From the NCBI GenBank assembly GCA_965277805.1, contig OZ255842.1:1152001-1216000 (forward strand): DNA of 64,000 nt, given 5' to 3'. The stretch's first letter is position 1. Every line of letters starts with the position of its first letter. Positions 48,570 to 57,440 of the stretch are shown here, piece after piece. This stretch comes from Candidatus Lustribacter sp. Lineage in GTDB: Bacteria > Vulcanimicrobiota > Vulcanimicrobiia > Vulcanimicrobiales > Vulcanimicrobiaceae. A program made the position numbers and the translations under genes. Below the pieces are notes generated by a model. It saw only the letters and a program-made list of their open reading frames with translations, made no database searches and was not told the origin of the DNA.

Positions 48570-48982
48570 GAACGCCGCTCGAACTTCGGAATCAGGAAAC
48601 CGTCGCGCTGATCTTCGTAGACGACGCGCACCGGCATCTCGCACGTTACGTCGCTCACCGGCATGTTCACGATGTTCGAGATGAACCGCGGCCCTTCATC
48701 GAGCTCGACGACCGCGACGACGTAAGGCACCTTGTCCTTGAACGCCGGGTGGTAGACGCGGTGATAGACGATGAACGAGTAGATCTTGCCGTTGCCGCTC
48801 ACCTCGATCCAGGTAAAGTCGGTTTTTTCACACGTGCCGCAGGCGACCGTCGGCGGAAAGCTGATCGTGCCGCAAGCCGTGCACTTGGGCATCAGCAGTT
48901 TGCGCTGCTGAACGCCGTCCCAGAACGCCTGCGTCTCGATCGACGGCTGCGGCAGCGGAAGTAGGGAACGATCGTTCATCAT
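48566..48982 (-). CDS. DUF35 Zn-ribbon/OB-fold protein
   Basis: FWDG, CTACG...CGTC, GKIYSF, PYVVAVVELDEG. Confidence 0.9.
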   Translation of the reverse strand: MMNDRSLLPLPQPSIETQAFWDGVQQRKLLMPKCTACGTISFPPTVACGTCEKTDFTWIEVSGNGKIYSFIVYHRVYHPAFKDKVPYVVAVVELDEGPRFISNIVNMPVSDVTCEMPVRVVYEDQRDGFLIPKFERRS

Positions 48983-50136
48983 GCACGTCCCAGCAGCAGG
49001 CTCGAGTGACATACCGTGTTGCCGCCGTGCCCGCTTATGAGCGCGATTTCGGCGTCCTTCACCTGACGTTCGGGGCCGTACTGGTGCCGCAGTTGCCGCA
49101 CGCCCTCGACGATCTGCAGCATGCCCTCGACGTGCGCTTCGGAGAGTTGACCGCCGGAGGTGTTGGTCGGGATCGCACCGCGGAGCTCGAGCGCGCCCGA
49201 CGCGACGAACGGTCCGCCTTCGCCCTTCTTGCAGAACCCGTAGTCCTCGAGTTGCGCCATCACCATGTAGGTGAAGCAGTCGTAGATTTGCGCGGTGCTG
49301 ACGTCTTTGGCGCTCAGCCCCGCCATCTTGTAGGCGGTCTCGCCGCTTTGCTTGGCCGCTAGGCGAATCATGTGATCTTCAACCAGCCAGCCGCGCGTGT
49401 TGTTGAACGTGCCGAAGCCTTTGATGACGACGGGTGGCTGTTTGAGTGTTTTCGCACGCTCGAGTGAGGTCACGATAACGGCGCCGGCCCCGTCGCTGAC
49501 CAAACTGCAGTCGTAGAGTCCGAAGGGCTCGGCAATCATGCGCGCGTTGAGATAATCGTCCATGGTCAGCGGTTTCTTCATGACGGCGTTGGGGTTACGC
49601 AGGGCATGATCGCGCAGCGCCATCGCGACGTGACCGAAATGCTCGCGTGTCGTGCCGAATTCATACATGTGCCGCTGCGCGCCGAGAGCGTGCGTTCCCG
49701 GAGCGCCGAAGTAGCCGAATTCCGGCGCGAACTCTTTGGGCAGCTGGTCGTCGGGCACGAGCTCCATCTGCGTGCGCGTGCCTTCGCTTGCGTGCGTGCG
49801 TGTCCAGCTGTTGCGGCCGTAGCCGGTGATCACGGTCGTCGCGAGCCCGGCGTCGATCGCCATGCACGCCAGCGCGACGGCCAGGATCTGGCTCGCGCCG
49901 CCGTTGTCGAGCGAGGTGCTGAAGCGCACGTCGATGCCGAGCCGTGCGCCGATGCGCTGATGGTGCGTGTAGATGTCGTCGGCACCGCGCGACACGATCC
50001 CGTCGATGTCGCTGACTTTCAGCCCCGCGTCGTCGATGGCGCGCCGCATTGCCTGTTCGAGCAGGTAGAGCGAGTCTTTGCCCGTCCGCCCGAGATCGCT
50101 CGTCGCCGTTCCGACGATCGCGTACTTATCGCGCAC
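48979..50136 (-). CDS. Thiolase-family (SCP-x/Ltp2-like) protein
   Basis: HALRNPNA, DCSLVSDGAGA, IYDCFT, NTSGGQLSEAH. Confidence 0.9.
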   Translation of the reverse strand: MRDKYAIVGTATSDLGRTGKDSLYLLEQAMRRAIDDAGLKVSDIDGIVSRGADDIYTHHQRIGARLGIDVRFSTSLDNGGASQILAVALACMAIDAGLATTVITGYGRNSWTRTHASEGTRTQMELVPDDQLPKEFAPEFGYFGAPGTHALGAQRHMYEFGTTREHFGHVAMALRDHALRNPNAVMKKPLTMDDYLNARMIAEPFGLYDCSLVSDGAGAVIVTSLERAKTLKQPPVVIKGFGTFNNTRGWLVEDHMIRLAAKQSGETAYKMAGLSAKDVSTAQIYDCFTYMVMAQLEDYGFCKKGEGGPFVASGALELRGAIPTNTSGGQLSEAHVEGMLQIVEGVRQLRHQYGPERQVKDAEIALISGHGGNTVCHSSLLLGRA

Positions 50137-51226
50137 TGCGCAGCCCCTTTGCTTCCAGCCGTGGAAAGATCTCGTCGTTGTACCAGCGCACTTCGTCTCC
50201 GTAGTGCGGGCTGGTCATCCCGATACCGGTAAACCCGATCTCGCTGATCAGGGCGAGCTGTTCGGCAATCTCATCCGGACTCCCAATGCACGCGAAGCCG
50301 CCGCTGGTCGTGGCGTAGCGAACGCGCAGCGCATCGCGCTCTTCGGTCGTCTTCACGTCCTTCAGGCGGCCGCGCATGCGCAGCATGTTGTCGACGGCTT
50401 CCCAATCGGCTTGCTCGACGCACAGGTAATGATGGTAGTCCTCGGCCTCTTTGCGCGTCGCGCGGCAGAGCACGGTGCCGTTGGTGTAGACCTGAATCTG
50501 CCGGCCCACATCGTTCGCTGCTTGCTTGAGCGCGGCCACGTCGTTCTTCGCGCGGGCGAGCGAGTCGGCATCGAAGCCGTAGCTCGCGGCGGTGAAGAGC
50601 GCATCGCAGTTACGCAGCGCGAACGCCCGCCCGTCGTCGGATATCGCCGCGTTCATGATCAGCGGGTTGACGTCGGCATAGGGCTTGGGCTTCGCACGCA
50701 CGCCCTTGAGGTGATAGAAGTTGCCTTCGAAATCGAAGTCGTTCTCGGCCCACGTACGCTTGAGCGCGTCGATCCACTCCTGCGCCTGTTCGTAGCGGCC
50801 GCCGTGGTCTTTCTGCTCGATGCCGAACATGTTGAACTCGTCTTCGTTCCAGCCCGCAACGATGTTGAGCCCGAAACGCCCGTGACCGACTTGGTCGGCC
50901 GTCACCATTTGCTTCGCGGCGATCACCGGATGAAACAGCGGCACGTGCACGGTGCCGAAAACATTGATCCGTTTCGTCGCGGCGAGCAAGCCCGTCGCCC
51001 AGGTGATCGTTTCGAACGACGTCCCGGCGTAATCCGTCGCGCCGCCGTAGCCTTTCCAGCGGCCGATCGGCAAGAGAAAATCCATCCCCGCCTCATCGGC
51101 GAGTTGCGATGCGCGCAGGTTGTCATCCCAGCTTGCCGACCAGCGTTCCTTGGCAAGCGTGATGTATCGTCCGGAGGAGCAGTTTTGCCCGAAATACCCG
51201 ATTTTCAGGGTGTTGTCGTTGCCCAT
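50126..51226 (-). CDS. Luciferase-like (LLM) flavin-dependent monooxygenase
   Basis: RWKGYGG, ETITWATGL, HPVIAAKQ, GRFGLNIVAGW. Confidence 0.9.
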   Translation of the reverse strand: MGNDNTLKIGYFGQNCSSGRYITLAKERWSASWDDNLRASQLADEAGMDFLLPIGRWKGYGGATDYAGTSFETITWATGLLAATKRINVFGTVHVPLFHPVIAAKQMVTADQVGHGRFGLNIVAGWNEDEFNMFGIEQKDHGGRYEQAQEWIDALKRTWAENDFDFEGNFYHLKGVRAKPKPYADVNPLIMNAAISDDGRAFALRNCDALFTAASYGFDADSLARAKNDVAALKQAANDVGRQIQVYTNGTVLCRATRKEAEDYHHYLCVEQADWEAVDNMLRMRGRLKDVKTTEERDALRVRYATTSGGFACIGSPDEIAEQLALISEIGFTGIGMTSPHYGDEVRWYNDEIFPRLEAKGLRSAR

Positions 51227-51321
51227 TGAGGCGCGGCTCGAGACCGCTTGGAGCGTCGTCTTCACGCTCGCCGTGTCCGGGGTCGCGGGCGGCGGCTCCT
51301 CTAAAGGCGAAAGGCGGCGCC

Positions 51322-52254
51322 ATGAATCGACGCACCGCACTCGGACTCATCGGCGCTGCAGGCGCCATGAGCGCCCTGCCGGCAACACCCGTCCTCGCCG
51401 ATGATGCCATGCGGCTGGCCGCGCCCGCGCTCGATGCGACGGCGTTGATGTTTTATGCGAACGATCAGAACTTTTTCAAGAACGCCGGACTGACCGTCGA
51501 CCTGCAAGCGATGGCCAACGGCGAAGCCGTCACGCTCGCGATCGCCGGCGGCGCGGTCGACATCGGCTGCTCCGAGGCGATCTCGCTGATCCTCGCGTTT
51601 CACAAAGGCATTCCGCTCACGCTCATCGCGGCGGGCGGCGTCCAGACGCCCACCTCGGCAACCGGGTTGCTCTTCGCGCGCAACGACCTCAACGCCAAAA
51701 CCGGCGCCGATTTCAACGGCAAGACGGTCGCGGTCGTCGGCCTCAACGGCTTCGCGCAGTACGGCACGCAGAATTGGATCGACAAGAACGGCGGCGATTC
51801 AAAGACGGTGAAGTTCGTGCAGTTCGCCGGCGGACAGATCGGCGTTGCCTTACAAGACGGCCGCATTGACGGCGCTTTCGTTCCCGAACCGTTCGTGTCG
51901 GCAGTCAAGAAAGTCGCGCATCCGGTCGCCAACTCGATGGGCGCTATCGCTCCAACCTTCGTCTCGAGCGCGCACTTCACGACCGTCCCGTATGCGAAGG
52001 CGCATGCCGACGAGATTCGCAAGTTCCAAGCCGCGCTCGCCAAAGCCGCCGATTGGTCCAACGCCAACACCGACCAAACCGCCGTGATCCTCGAACGCGT
52101 CGCCCGCGTCTCCCCCGAAGTCGTGAACGCCTCAGTGCGCGCGCACTACGCCGGCGGCCTCACCCCCGCTCTCGTCCAACCGATGATCGACGTCGCCGCC
52201 AAATACGGCAACTTCCCAACCTTCCCAGCCGCCGAGATGATCTTCCGCGCCTAA
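51322..52254 (+). CDS. ABC substrate-binding protein, NMT1/SsuA family
   Basis: Tat-like MNRRTAL leader; FFKNAGL, WIDKNGGDS, GRIDGAFVPEPF. Confidence 0.85.
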   Translation: MNRRTALGLIGAAGAMSALPATPVLADDAMRLAAPALDATALMFYANDQNFFKNAGLTVDLQAMANGEAVTLAIAGGAVDIGCSEAISLILAFHKGIPLTLIAAGGVQTPTSATGLLFARNDLNAKTGADFNGKTVAVVGLNGFAQYGTQNWIDKNGGDSKTVKFVQFAGGQIGVALQDGRIDGAFVPEPFVSAVKKVAHPVANSMGAIAPTFVSSAHFTTVPYAKAHADEIRKFQAALAKAADWSNANTDQTAVILERVARVSPEVVNASVRAHYAGGLTPALVQPMIDVAAKYGNFPTFPAAEMIFRA

Positions 52255-52263
52255 CCGTCCATC

Positions 52264-52337
52264 ATTGTCGTCCCGAACGACGACGCGCTCGCCTCCTTCG
52301 TCTGCGCGCCCTTCGGCGCTTCGCTCGGGATGACAAT
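52264..52337. repeat. REP-like inverted repeat between convergent genes
   Basis: attgtcgtcccgaacg ... cgctcgggatgacaat; same family as 33202 and 56066. Confidence 0.75.
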
Positions 52338-52339
52338 CA

Positions 52340-53497
52340 TCATGGCACAGCAACCTGATGGTGGAGTTGGATTTCTTTGCCGGTGCGGCTGGATTCGATG
52401 GTGGCGACGCAGACTTCTAGGTTGGCGCGGGCCCAGCGGCCGTCGTGTAAGGCGCGGCGGCGACCGGCGACGGTATCGACGAATTCTTCGATCACCGGGT
52501 CGCGCGTCGAGCGATCGAGGCGTAAGGGACGTTCGTCGCGACCGCGTTCGGTGTAAACGTAGAGGCCGGTGGCGGATTGACGGATGTCGCCGCCTTCGCA
52601 ACTCACGAGCGTCCAGCCGAAGAAGGCTTGATTCGGTGCGAGCCCCGTTTCGGCCGGCGTCGCGGCGCGCGAACGTTTGAGCGTCGCCTCGGTTGCGGCC
52701 GATGCTGCCTTCATCTGCGCGCGCCTGCCACCGGGCGTTTCATTTTGCGGATAGCCTACTTCGCCCGCGTCGAAGGTGATTTCGCTCGAGAGGAAGGCGC
52801 CATAGCCGTTGTAGATCGCCGTGGCGACCGCGCCGTCTTCGAAGGTGAGGAAGACGGTGTGCGCGCCGATCACCGGGCGCTGCGGATCCCAATCGAACGT
52901 TTGCGCGCGCACGCTCTTCGCGAGTCCGCCGCCGATCAAGCGCAGGATATCGAACTGATGCGCGCCTTGCCGGAACGTGATCCCGCCGCCGAGCGTCTCG
53001 TCGAGCTCTTCGGGGCGCCGCGGACGGTATACCCAATCGCTGTAGTAGATGTTGTGCAGCAGCCGTGCGCGTCCGAGTTCACCGCTCGCGACGAGCTCGC
53101 GCATGGCGCGGTAGGGTTCGTCGTAGCTGTGCGAGTGACCGACGTTGAACGTCACGCCGGCGCGATCGGCGGCGTCGATCATCGCTTGCGCTTGTTCGAG
53201 CGACGTCGCCATCGGTTTTTCGCAGAGGATGTGTTTGCCGGCCTCGGCCGCCGCGATGACGTGCTGCGCGTGCAGATCGGTCGGCGTCGCGACGTACACC
53301 GCATCGACGTCGCCGAGCGCGAGGAGCGATTCGATATCTGCGACCGAATGCGCACCGTAGCGCTGCGCGATGGGCTCGCGCACCTCGGCAAGCGGGTCGC
53401 ACACCGCGGTGAGCCGGATGCCCGCGGCTTTGTCGACCGCGGGAAGCAGCTGGCGCGCCGCGCCGCCCATGCCGATGATCCCGAGTCGTAGCTCCAT
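52340..53497 (-). CDS. Gfo/Idh/MocA oxidoreductase, phthalate cis-dihydrodiol dehydrogenase-like
   Basis: GIIGMG, YVATP, HILCEKPM, GHSHSYD, YRPRRPEELD, GAHQFD. Confidence 0.85.
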   Translation of the reverse strand: MELRLGIIGMGGAARQLLPAVDKAAGIRLTAVCDPLAEVREPIAQRYGAHSVADIESLLALGDVDAVYVATPTDLHAQHVIAAAEAGKHILCEKPMATSLEQAQAMIDAADRAGVTFNVGHSHSYDEPYRAMRELVASGELGRARLLHNIYYSDWVYRPRRPEELDETLGGGITFRQGAHQFDILRLIGGGLAKSVRAQTFDWDPQRPVIGAHTVFLTFEDGAVATAIYNGYGAFLSSEITFDAGEVGYPQNETPGGRRAQMKAASAATEATLKRSRAATPAETGLAPNQAFFGWTLVSCEGGDIRQSATGLYVYTERGRDERPLRLDRSTRDPVIEEFVDTVAGRRRALHDGRWARANLEVCVATIESSRTGKEIQLHHQVAVP

Positions 53498-53538
53498 CGG
53501 TCCTGGGGATTCTCACTCCGGACGCGAAAACATGGCCC

Positions 53539-54849
53539 ATGCTGACCGTTCAGGAAAACGACCGCTTGACTCGCGTTGGAGCGGGGACGCCCATGGGCGA
53601 GCTGCAGCGGCGCTATTGGCACCCGATCGGCGCGACCGAAGAATTGGAAACTGCGTTCACCAAGCGCGTGCGGCTGCTCGGCGAAGACCTCGTGCTCTAT
53701 CGCGACCGCAACGGCAAGCTCGGCTTGGTCGGTGAGTTCTGTCCGCATCGTCACGCGTCGCTATTCAACGGCATCCCCGACGTCGAGGGCATCCGCTGCT
53801 CCTATCACGGTTGGAAGTTCAACGGTGCGGGCGCGTGCGTCGATCAGCCAAACGAGCCCGCGGACAGCACCTTCAAAGACAAAGTGCGCGTCGCCGGCTA
53901 TCCCGTCGAAGCGCTTGGCGGCATGATTTTTGCCTATCTCGGGCCGCTGCCCGCGCCGATCTTGCCGCGCTGGGATGGTTTCGACAATCCGAAAGCGATC
54001 CGCACGATCGGCTGGTGCCACGTGCCGTGCAACTGGCTGCAGATCATGGAGAACTCGGTCGATCCCGTGCACACCGAATGGCAGCACGGCAAGTACCAGG
54101 AGTTCATCGAAGAGCAGCGCGGCGTCAAATACGCGATCTCGAAGCATCACCTCAAGATCGATTTCGCTGAGTTCGAACTCGGCATGTACAAGCGCCGGCT
54201 GCTCGAAGGCGCGAGCGAAGAATCGGACGATTGGAAGATCGGGCATCCGGTGCTCTTCCCGAACATCCTCGCAGTCGGCAGCGGCGGCGGCAAACTCTGG
54301 AAGATGCAGACCTACCAGATGCGCGTGCCGATCGACGATGAGAACACGATGCACTACTGGTACACGTCCTACGACGTACCCGAGGGTCACGACGTGCCGG
54401 CCAAGCTGCGCGAGCGGATCCCGTTCTTCGAAGTGCGCTGGAAGGACGACAACGGCGACAACATCCACGACAACATCGATGCGCAAGACGTGATGGCGTG
54501 GGTCTCGCAAGGCAAGATCTCCGACCGTTCGACCGAGGCCCTCGGCACGACCGACCGCGGCGTGATCCTCTACCGCAAGATGCTCGAACGCGAGATGAAG
54601 AAGGTGGAAGCCGGTCAGGATCCGATGAACGTTTTCCGCACGCCGGATCACTCGCTCGAGTTTCATCTCGAAAAGGATAAAGCCCACTTCAGCGACGGCT
54701 TTGAGAACCTGCAGTTCCGGCAGTACGCGCGCTGGTCGCCGTGGTTCCGCGACCTGTGCGATCTCTTCGCGTCCTACAACGCCAAGCTGCTGCGCGACGC
54801 GATGCCGGCCTTTCCGCTAGAGCACGGAGCGGCAACGACGGGCGAGTAA
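53539..54849 (+). CDS. Rieske aromatic oxygenase (phthalate dioxygenase/LigX-like clade)
   Basis: LTRVGAGTPMG, CPHR...CSYHGW, ENSVDPVHTEWQH, AQDVMAWVSQG. Confidence 0.85.
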   Translation: MLTVQENDRLTRVGAGTPMGELQRRYWHPIGATEELETAFTKRVRLLGEDLVLYRDRNGKLGLVGEFCPHRHASLFNGIPDVEGIRCSYHGWKFNGAGACVDQPNEPADSTFKDKVRVAGYPVEALGGMIFAYLGPLPAPILPRWDGFDNPKAIRTIGWCHVPCNWLQIMENSVDPVHTEWQHGKYQEFIEEQRGVKYAISKHHLKIDFAEFELGMYKRRLLEGASEESDDWKIGHPVLFPNILAVGSGGGKLWKMQTYQMRVPIDDENTMHYWYTSYDVPEGHDVPAKLRERIPFFEVRWKDDNGDNIHDNIDAQDVMAWVSQGKISDRSTEALGTTDRGVILYRKMLEREMKKVEAGQDPMNVFRTPDHSLEFHLEKDKAHFSDGFENLQFRQYARWSPWFRDLCDLFASYNAKLLRDAMPAFPLEHGAATTGE

Positions 54850-56058
54850 GTGTCATGGCGCGTCACGTTCTGGTCGATGGTCGCGATTCAGACCATCAGC
54901 GCCATGGCGTTCTCGATTTCACTACCGTTCATGCCGCTGTTTCTGCAGACGCTGGGAGTACATCCGCTCTCGACGGTTGAGGAATGGGCCGGCATCATCG
55001 GTTCGGCGAACTTCCTGACGGCGGCGCTGTGTGCGCCGTTGTGGGGCGCACTCGCCGACAAGTTCGGCCGGCGTGCGATGGTCATTCGCTCGAGTATCGG
55101 CGGTGCGATCACGACGGCCCTGATGGGATTCTCGGGCAACGTGTGGCAACTGGTCGGCGCGCGTGCCCTGATGGGCGCGTTCGGCGGTTTCAGCAGCGCC
55201 GCAACAGCGCTCGTTGCCGCCAAGGTACCGAGTTCGTCGCTCGGCTTCGCGCTCGGCTGGATGGCGACGGCCCAGATGACCGGCATCATGATCGGGCCGA
55301 TCATCGGCGGCGCGATCGCCGACGTCACGCAGAATTATCGCGCGGTCTTTTTCTGGTCGGCAGCCGGCGTCGCGCTGGCGGCGGTCGTGACCGCGCTGTT
55401 CGTCAAAGAAGACTTCGTGAAGAAGAGCCCCAGTGCGGAGAAGCTGCCGTCGAGCCGCGCGCAGTTCATGGAGATGGTGCGCCATCCGGAACTGGCCGCG
55501 CTCCTGGTGCTGCTTGCGCTCTCGCAGATGACGGCCGTCGCGCTCTCCCCGATCGTGCCGCTGTTCGTGCAAAATATGGTCGGGGCTTCGCCGTATCTCG
55601 CCACCTTCGCCGGCGCTGCGTTTGCGGTGACCGGCGTCGGCGATCTGGTCGCATCGCCATTCCTCGGCAAACGCAGCGATCAGATCGGCTACCGCCGCAT
55701 CGTGCTCCTGTGCCTCGTCGGCGCCGGTGTATTCACGATTCCCCAGGCTTTCGTGCACAACATCTGGGTGTTCTTAGCGCTGCGTTTCGGCGTGGGCGTC
55801 TTTCTCGGCGGCATCGTGCCGACCGCGAACGCCTGGATCGGCCGCTTGTTTCCGGCCGAAAAAAGGGGCATGGTCTACGGACTGAGCTTCAGCGCATCGT
55901 TCGGCGGCATGTTCATCGGCCCGCTCTTCGGCGGTTTCCTCGCCGCTCGCTTGGGCTTCGGCTCGGTCTTTCTCGTAACCGGCGGCCTGATGCTCGCCAA
56001 CGTCTTCTGGGTCCTCTTCGGCATACGCCCGATAGAAAAAGCTCGCGGCTGGGCATAG
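54850..56058 (+). CDS. MFS transporter (MdtG-like DHA1)
   Basis: PFMPLFL, APLWGALADKFGRR, SPFLGKRSDQIG. Confidence 0.88.
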   Translation: MSWRVTFWSMVAIQTISAMAFSISLPFMPLFLQTLGVHPLSTVEEWAGIIGSANFLTAALCAPLWGALADKFGRRAMVIRSSIGGAITTALMGFSGNVWQLVGARALMGAFGGFSSAATALVAAKVPSSSLGFALGWMATAQMTGIMIGPIIGGAIADVTQNYRAVFFWSAAGVALAAVVTALFVKEDFVKKSPSAEKLPSSRAQFMEMVRHPELAALLVLLALSQMTAVALSPIVPLFVQNMVGASPYLATFAGAAFAVTGVGDLVASPFLGKRSDQIGYRRIVLLCLVGAGVFTIPQAFVHNIWVFLALRFGVGVFLGGIVPTANAWIGRLFPAEKRGMVYGLSFSASFGGMFIGPLFGGFLAARLGFGSVFLVTGGLMLANVFWVLFGIRPIEKARGWA

Positions 56059-56065
56059 CCCCGCA

Positions 56066-56112
56066 TGTCATCCCGAGCAAAGCGCCCGAGGGCGCGTCGT
56101 CGAGGGACCGCC
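56066..56112 (+). repeat. Single REP-like unit
   Basis: tgtcatcccgagcaaagcgcccgagggcgcgtcgtcgagggaccgcc. Confidence 0.7.
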
Positions 56113-56138
56113 ACGACCGTTCCGAGAAGCGCAAAAAC

Positions 56139-57440
56139 GTGATCACCCGTCCAGCGTCATCCCGTTATCCGATCGTTATCGCCGCGGTTGCGTTTCTCGT
56201 CCTCATCGTCGTAGCCGGCATCCGTTCCGCATCGGGCGTGCTGCTGGTCCCGCTCGAAAAAGCGATGGGCTGGTCGGTTGAAGACATCTCGATCGCCGTT
56301 GCGATCAACGTCGCGCTCTACGGTGCGGTCGGTCCGTTTGCCGCCGCGTTCATGGAACAGCTCGGCGTTCGCCGCATGATTCTGATCGCTCTCGCGCTGA
56401 TGGCGGTGTCCACGACGGCCTCGACGTTCGTGATGACGCCGGCGCAACTCGCGCTCACGTGGGGCCTCGGCGTCGGTCTCGGCATCGGCGTCGTCTCGAT
56501 GGTGTTTGCCGCGGTGATCTCGACACGCTGGTTTGCGAAGGGCCGCGGCTTGGTCTACGGTGCGCTCACCGGTGCGGCCGCTGCGGGTCAGCTGATCTTT
56601 CTCCCGCTGCTCGCGTGGACCGCGCAAACCTACGGCTGGCGCAGCGTCGGTTTCGTCTGCGCCGGCATCGCGCTGCTGGTCGCCATTCCGGTGGTGATCT
56701 GGATGCGCGATCGCCCCGAGTCGATGGGCATCACACGCTACGGTGAAGACGCATCGACAATGGTCGATAAAGCGGGCTTGCGTCACGGCACGAACCCGCT
56801 ACGCAACACGTTCGCCGTGCTCGGGCGCGCGTCGCGCTCGCGCGACTTCTGGCTCGTGGCCGGCACGTTCTTCATTTGCGGCGCGACGACCAACGGCTAC
56901 ATCGGCACGCACTTCATGGCGATCTGCGGCGATGTCGGCATCTCGCAAGTGCACGCGGCGGGACTCGTGGCCGTGATCGGCGTGTTCAGCATGCTCGGTT
57001 CGACCGGCGCCGGCTGGCTCTCCGACCGCTACCCCAGCCGCTATTTGCTCTTCACGTTCTACGGCTTACGCGGGCTCTCGCTGTTTCTGTTGCCGCTCGC
57101 GATCAGCGGCGTCAACCAAGCCTACATCTTGCCCGCGTTCATCGCATTCTACGGCCTCGATTGGCTTGCTACCGGCGCGCCGAACGTGCGCGCGCTCACC
57201 GAGGCGCTCGGCAAAGAAGATACGCCGATCGCGTTCGGCTGGATCGGCGTCTCACATCAAATCGGCGCCGGCCTTAGCACGCTCCTCGCCGGCATCATCC
57301 GCACCCAAACCGGCAGCTACGACTTGACGTTCACGCTCTACGGCGGGCTGTGCATCGTCGCCGCCCTCGCGTCGCTCGCGATCGGCACCACCCATCGCAC
57401 CCGCACGCGGATCCCCATCGGAGCCCCACAACGGGCCTAA
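56139..57440 (+). CDS. MFS transporter
   Basis: AGIRS..GVLLVPL, RWFAKGRGL, FFICGATTNG, GWLSDR, FYGLDW; GTG start inferred. Confidence 0.88.
   Translation: MITRPASSRYPIVIAAVAFLVLIVVAGIRSASGVLLVPLEKAMGWSVEDISIAVAINVALYGAVGPFAAAFMEQLGVRRMILIALALMAVSTTASTFVMTPAQLALTWGLGVGLGIGVVSMVFAAVISTRWFAKGRGLVYGALTGAAAAGQLIFLPLLAWTAQTYGWRSVGFVCAGIALLVAIPVVIWMRDRPESMGITRYGEDASTMVDKAGLRHGTNPLRNTFAVLGRASRSRDFWLVAGTFFICGATTNGYIGTHFMAICGDVGISQVHAAGLVAVIGVFSMLGSTGAGWLSDRYPSRYLLFTFYGLRGLSLFLLPLAISGVNQAYILPAFIAFYGLDWLATGAPNVRALTEALGKEDTPIAFGWIGVSHQIGAGLSTLLAGIIRTQTGSYDLTFTLYGGLCIVAALASLAIGTTHRTRTRIPIGAPQRA

Noticed and set aside
54984-57440. 818-aa ORF as a fused protein
   Set aside because: The first ~385 codons are an Arg-rich off-frame read over the MFS at 54850-56058; real coding starts near 56139
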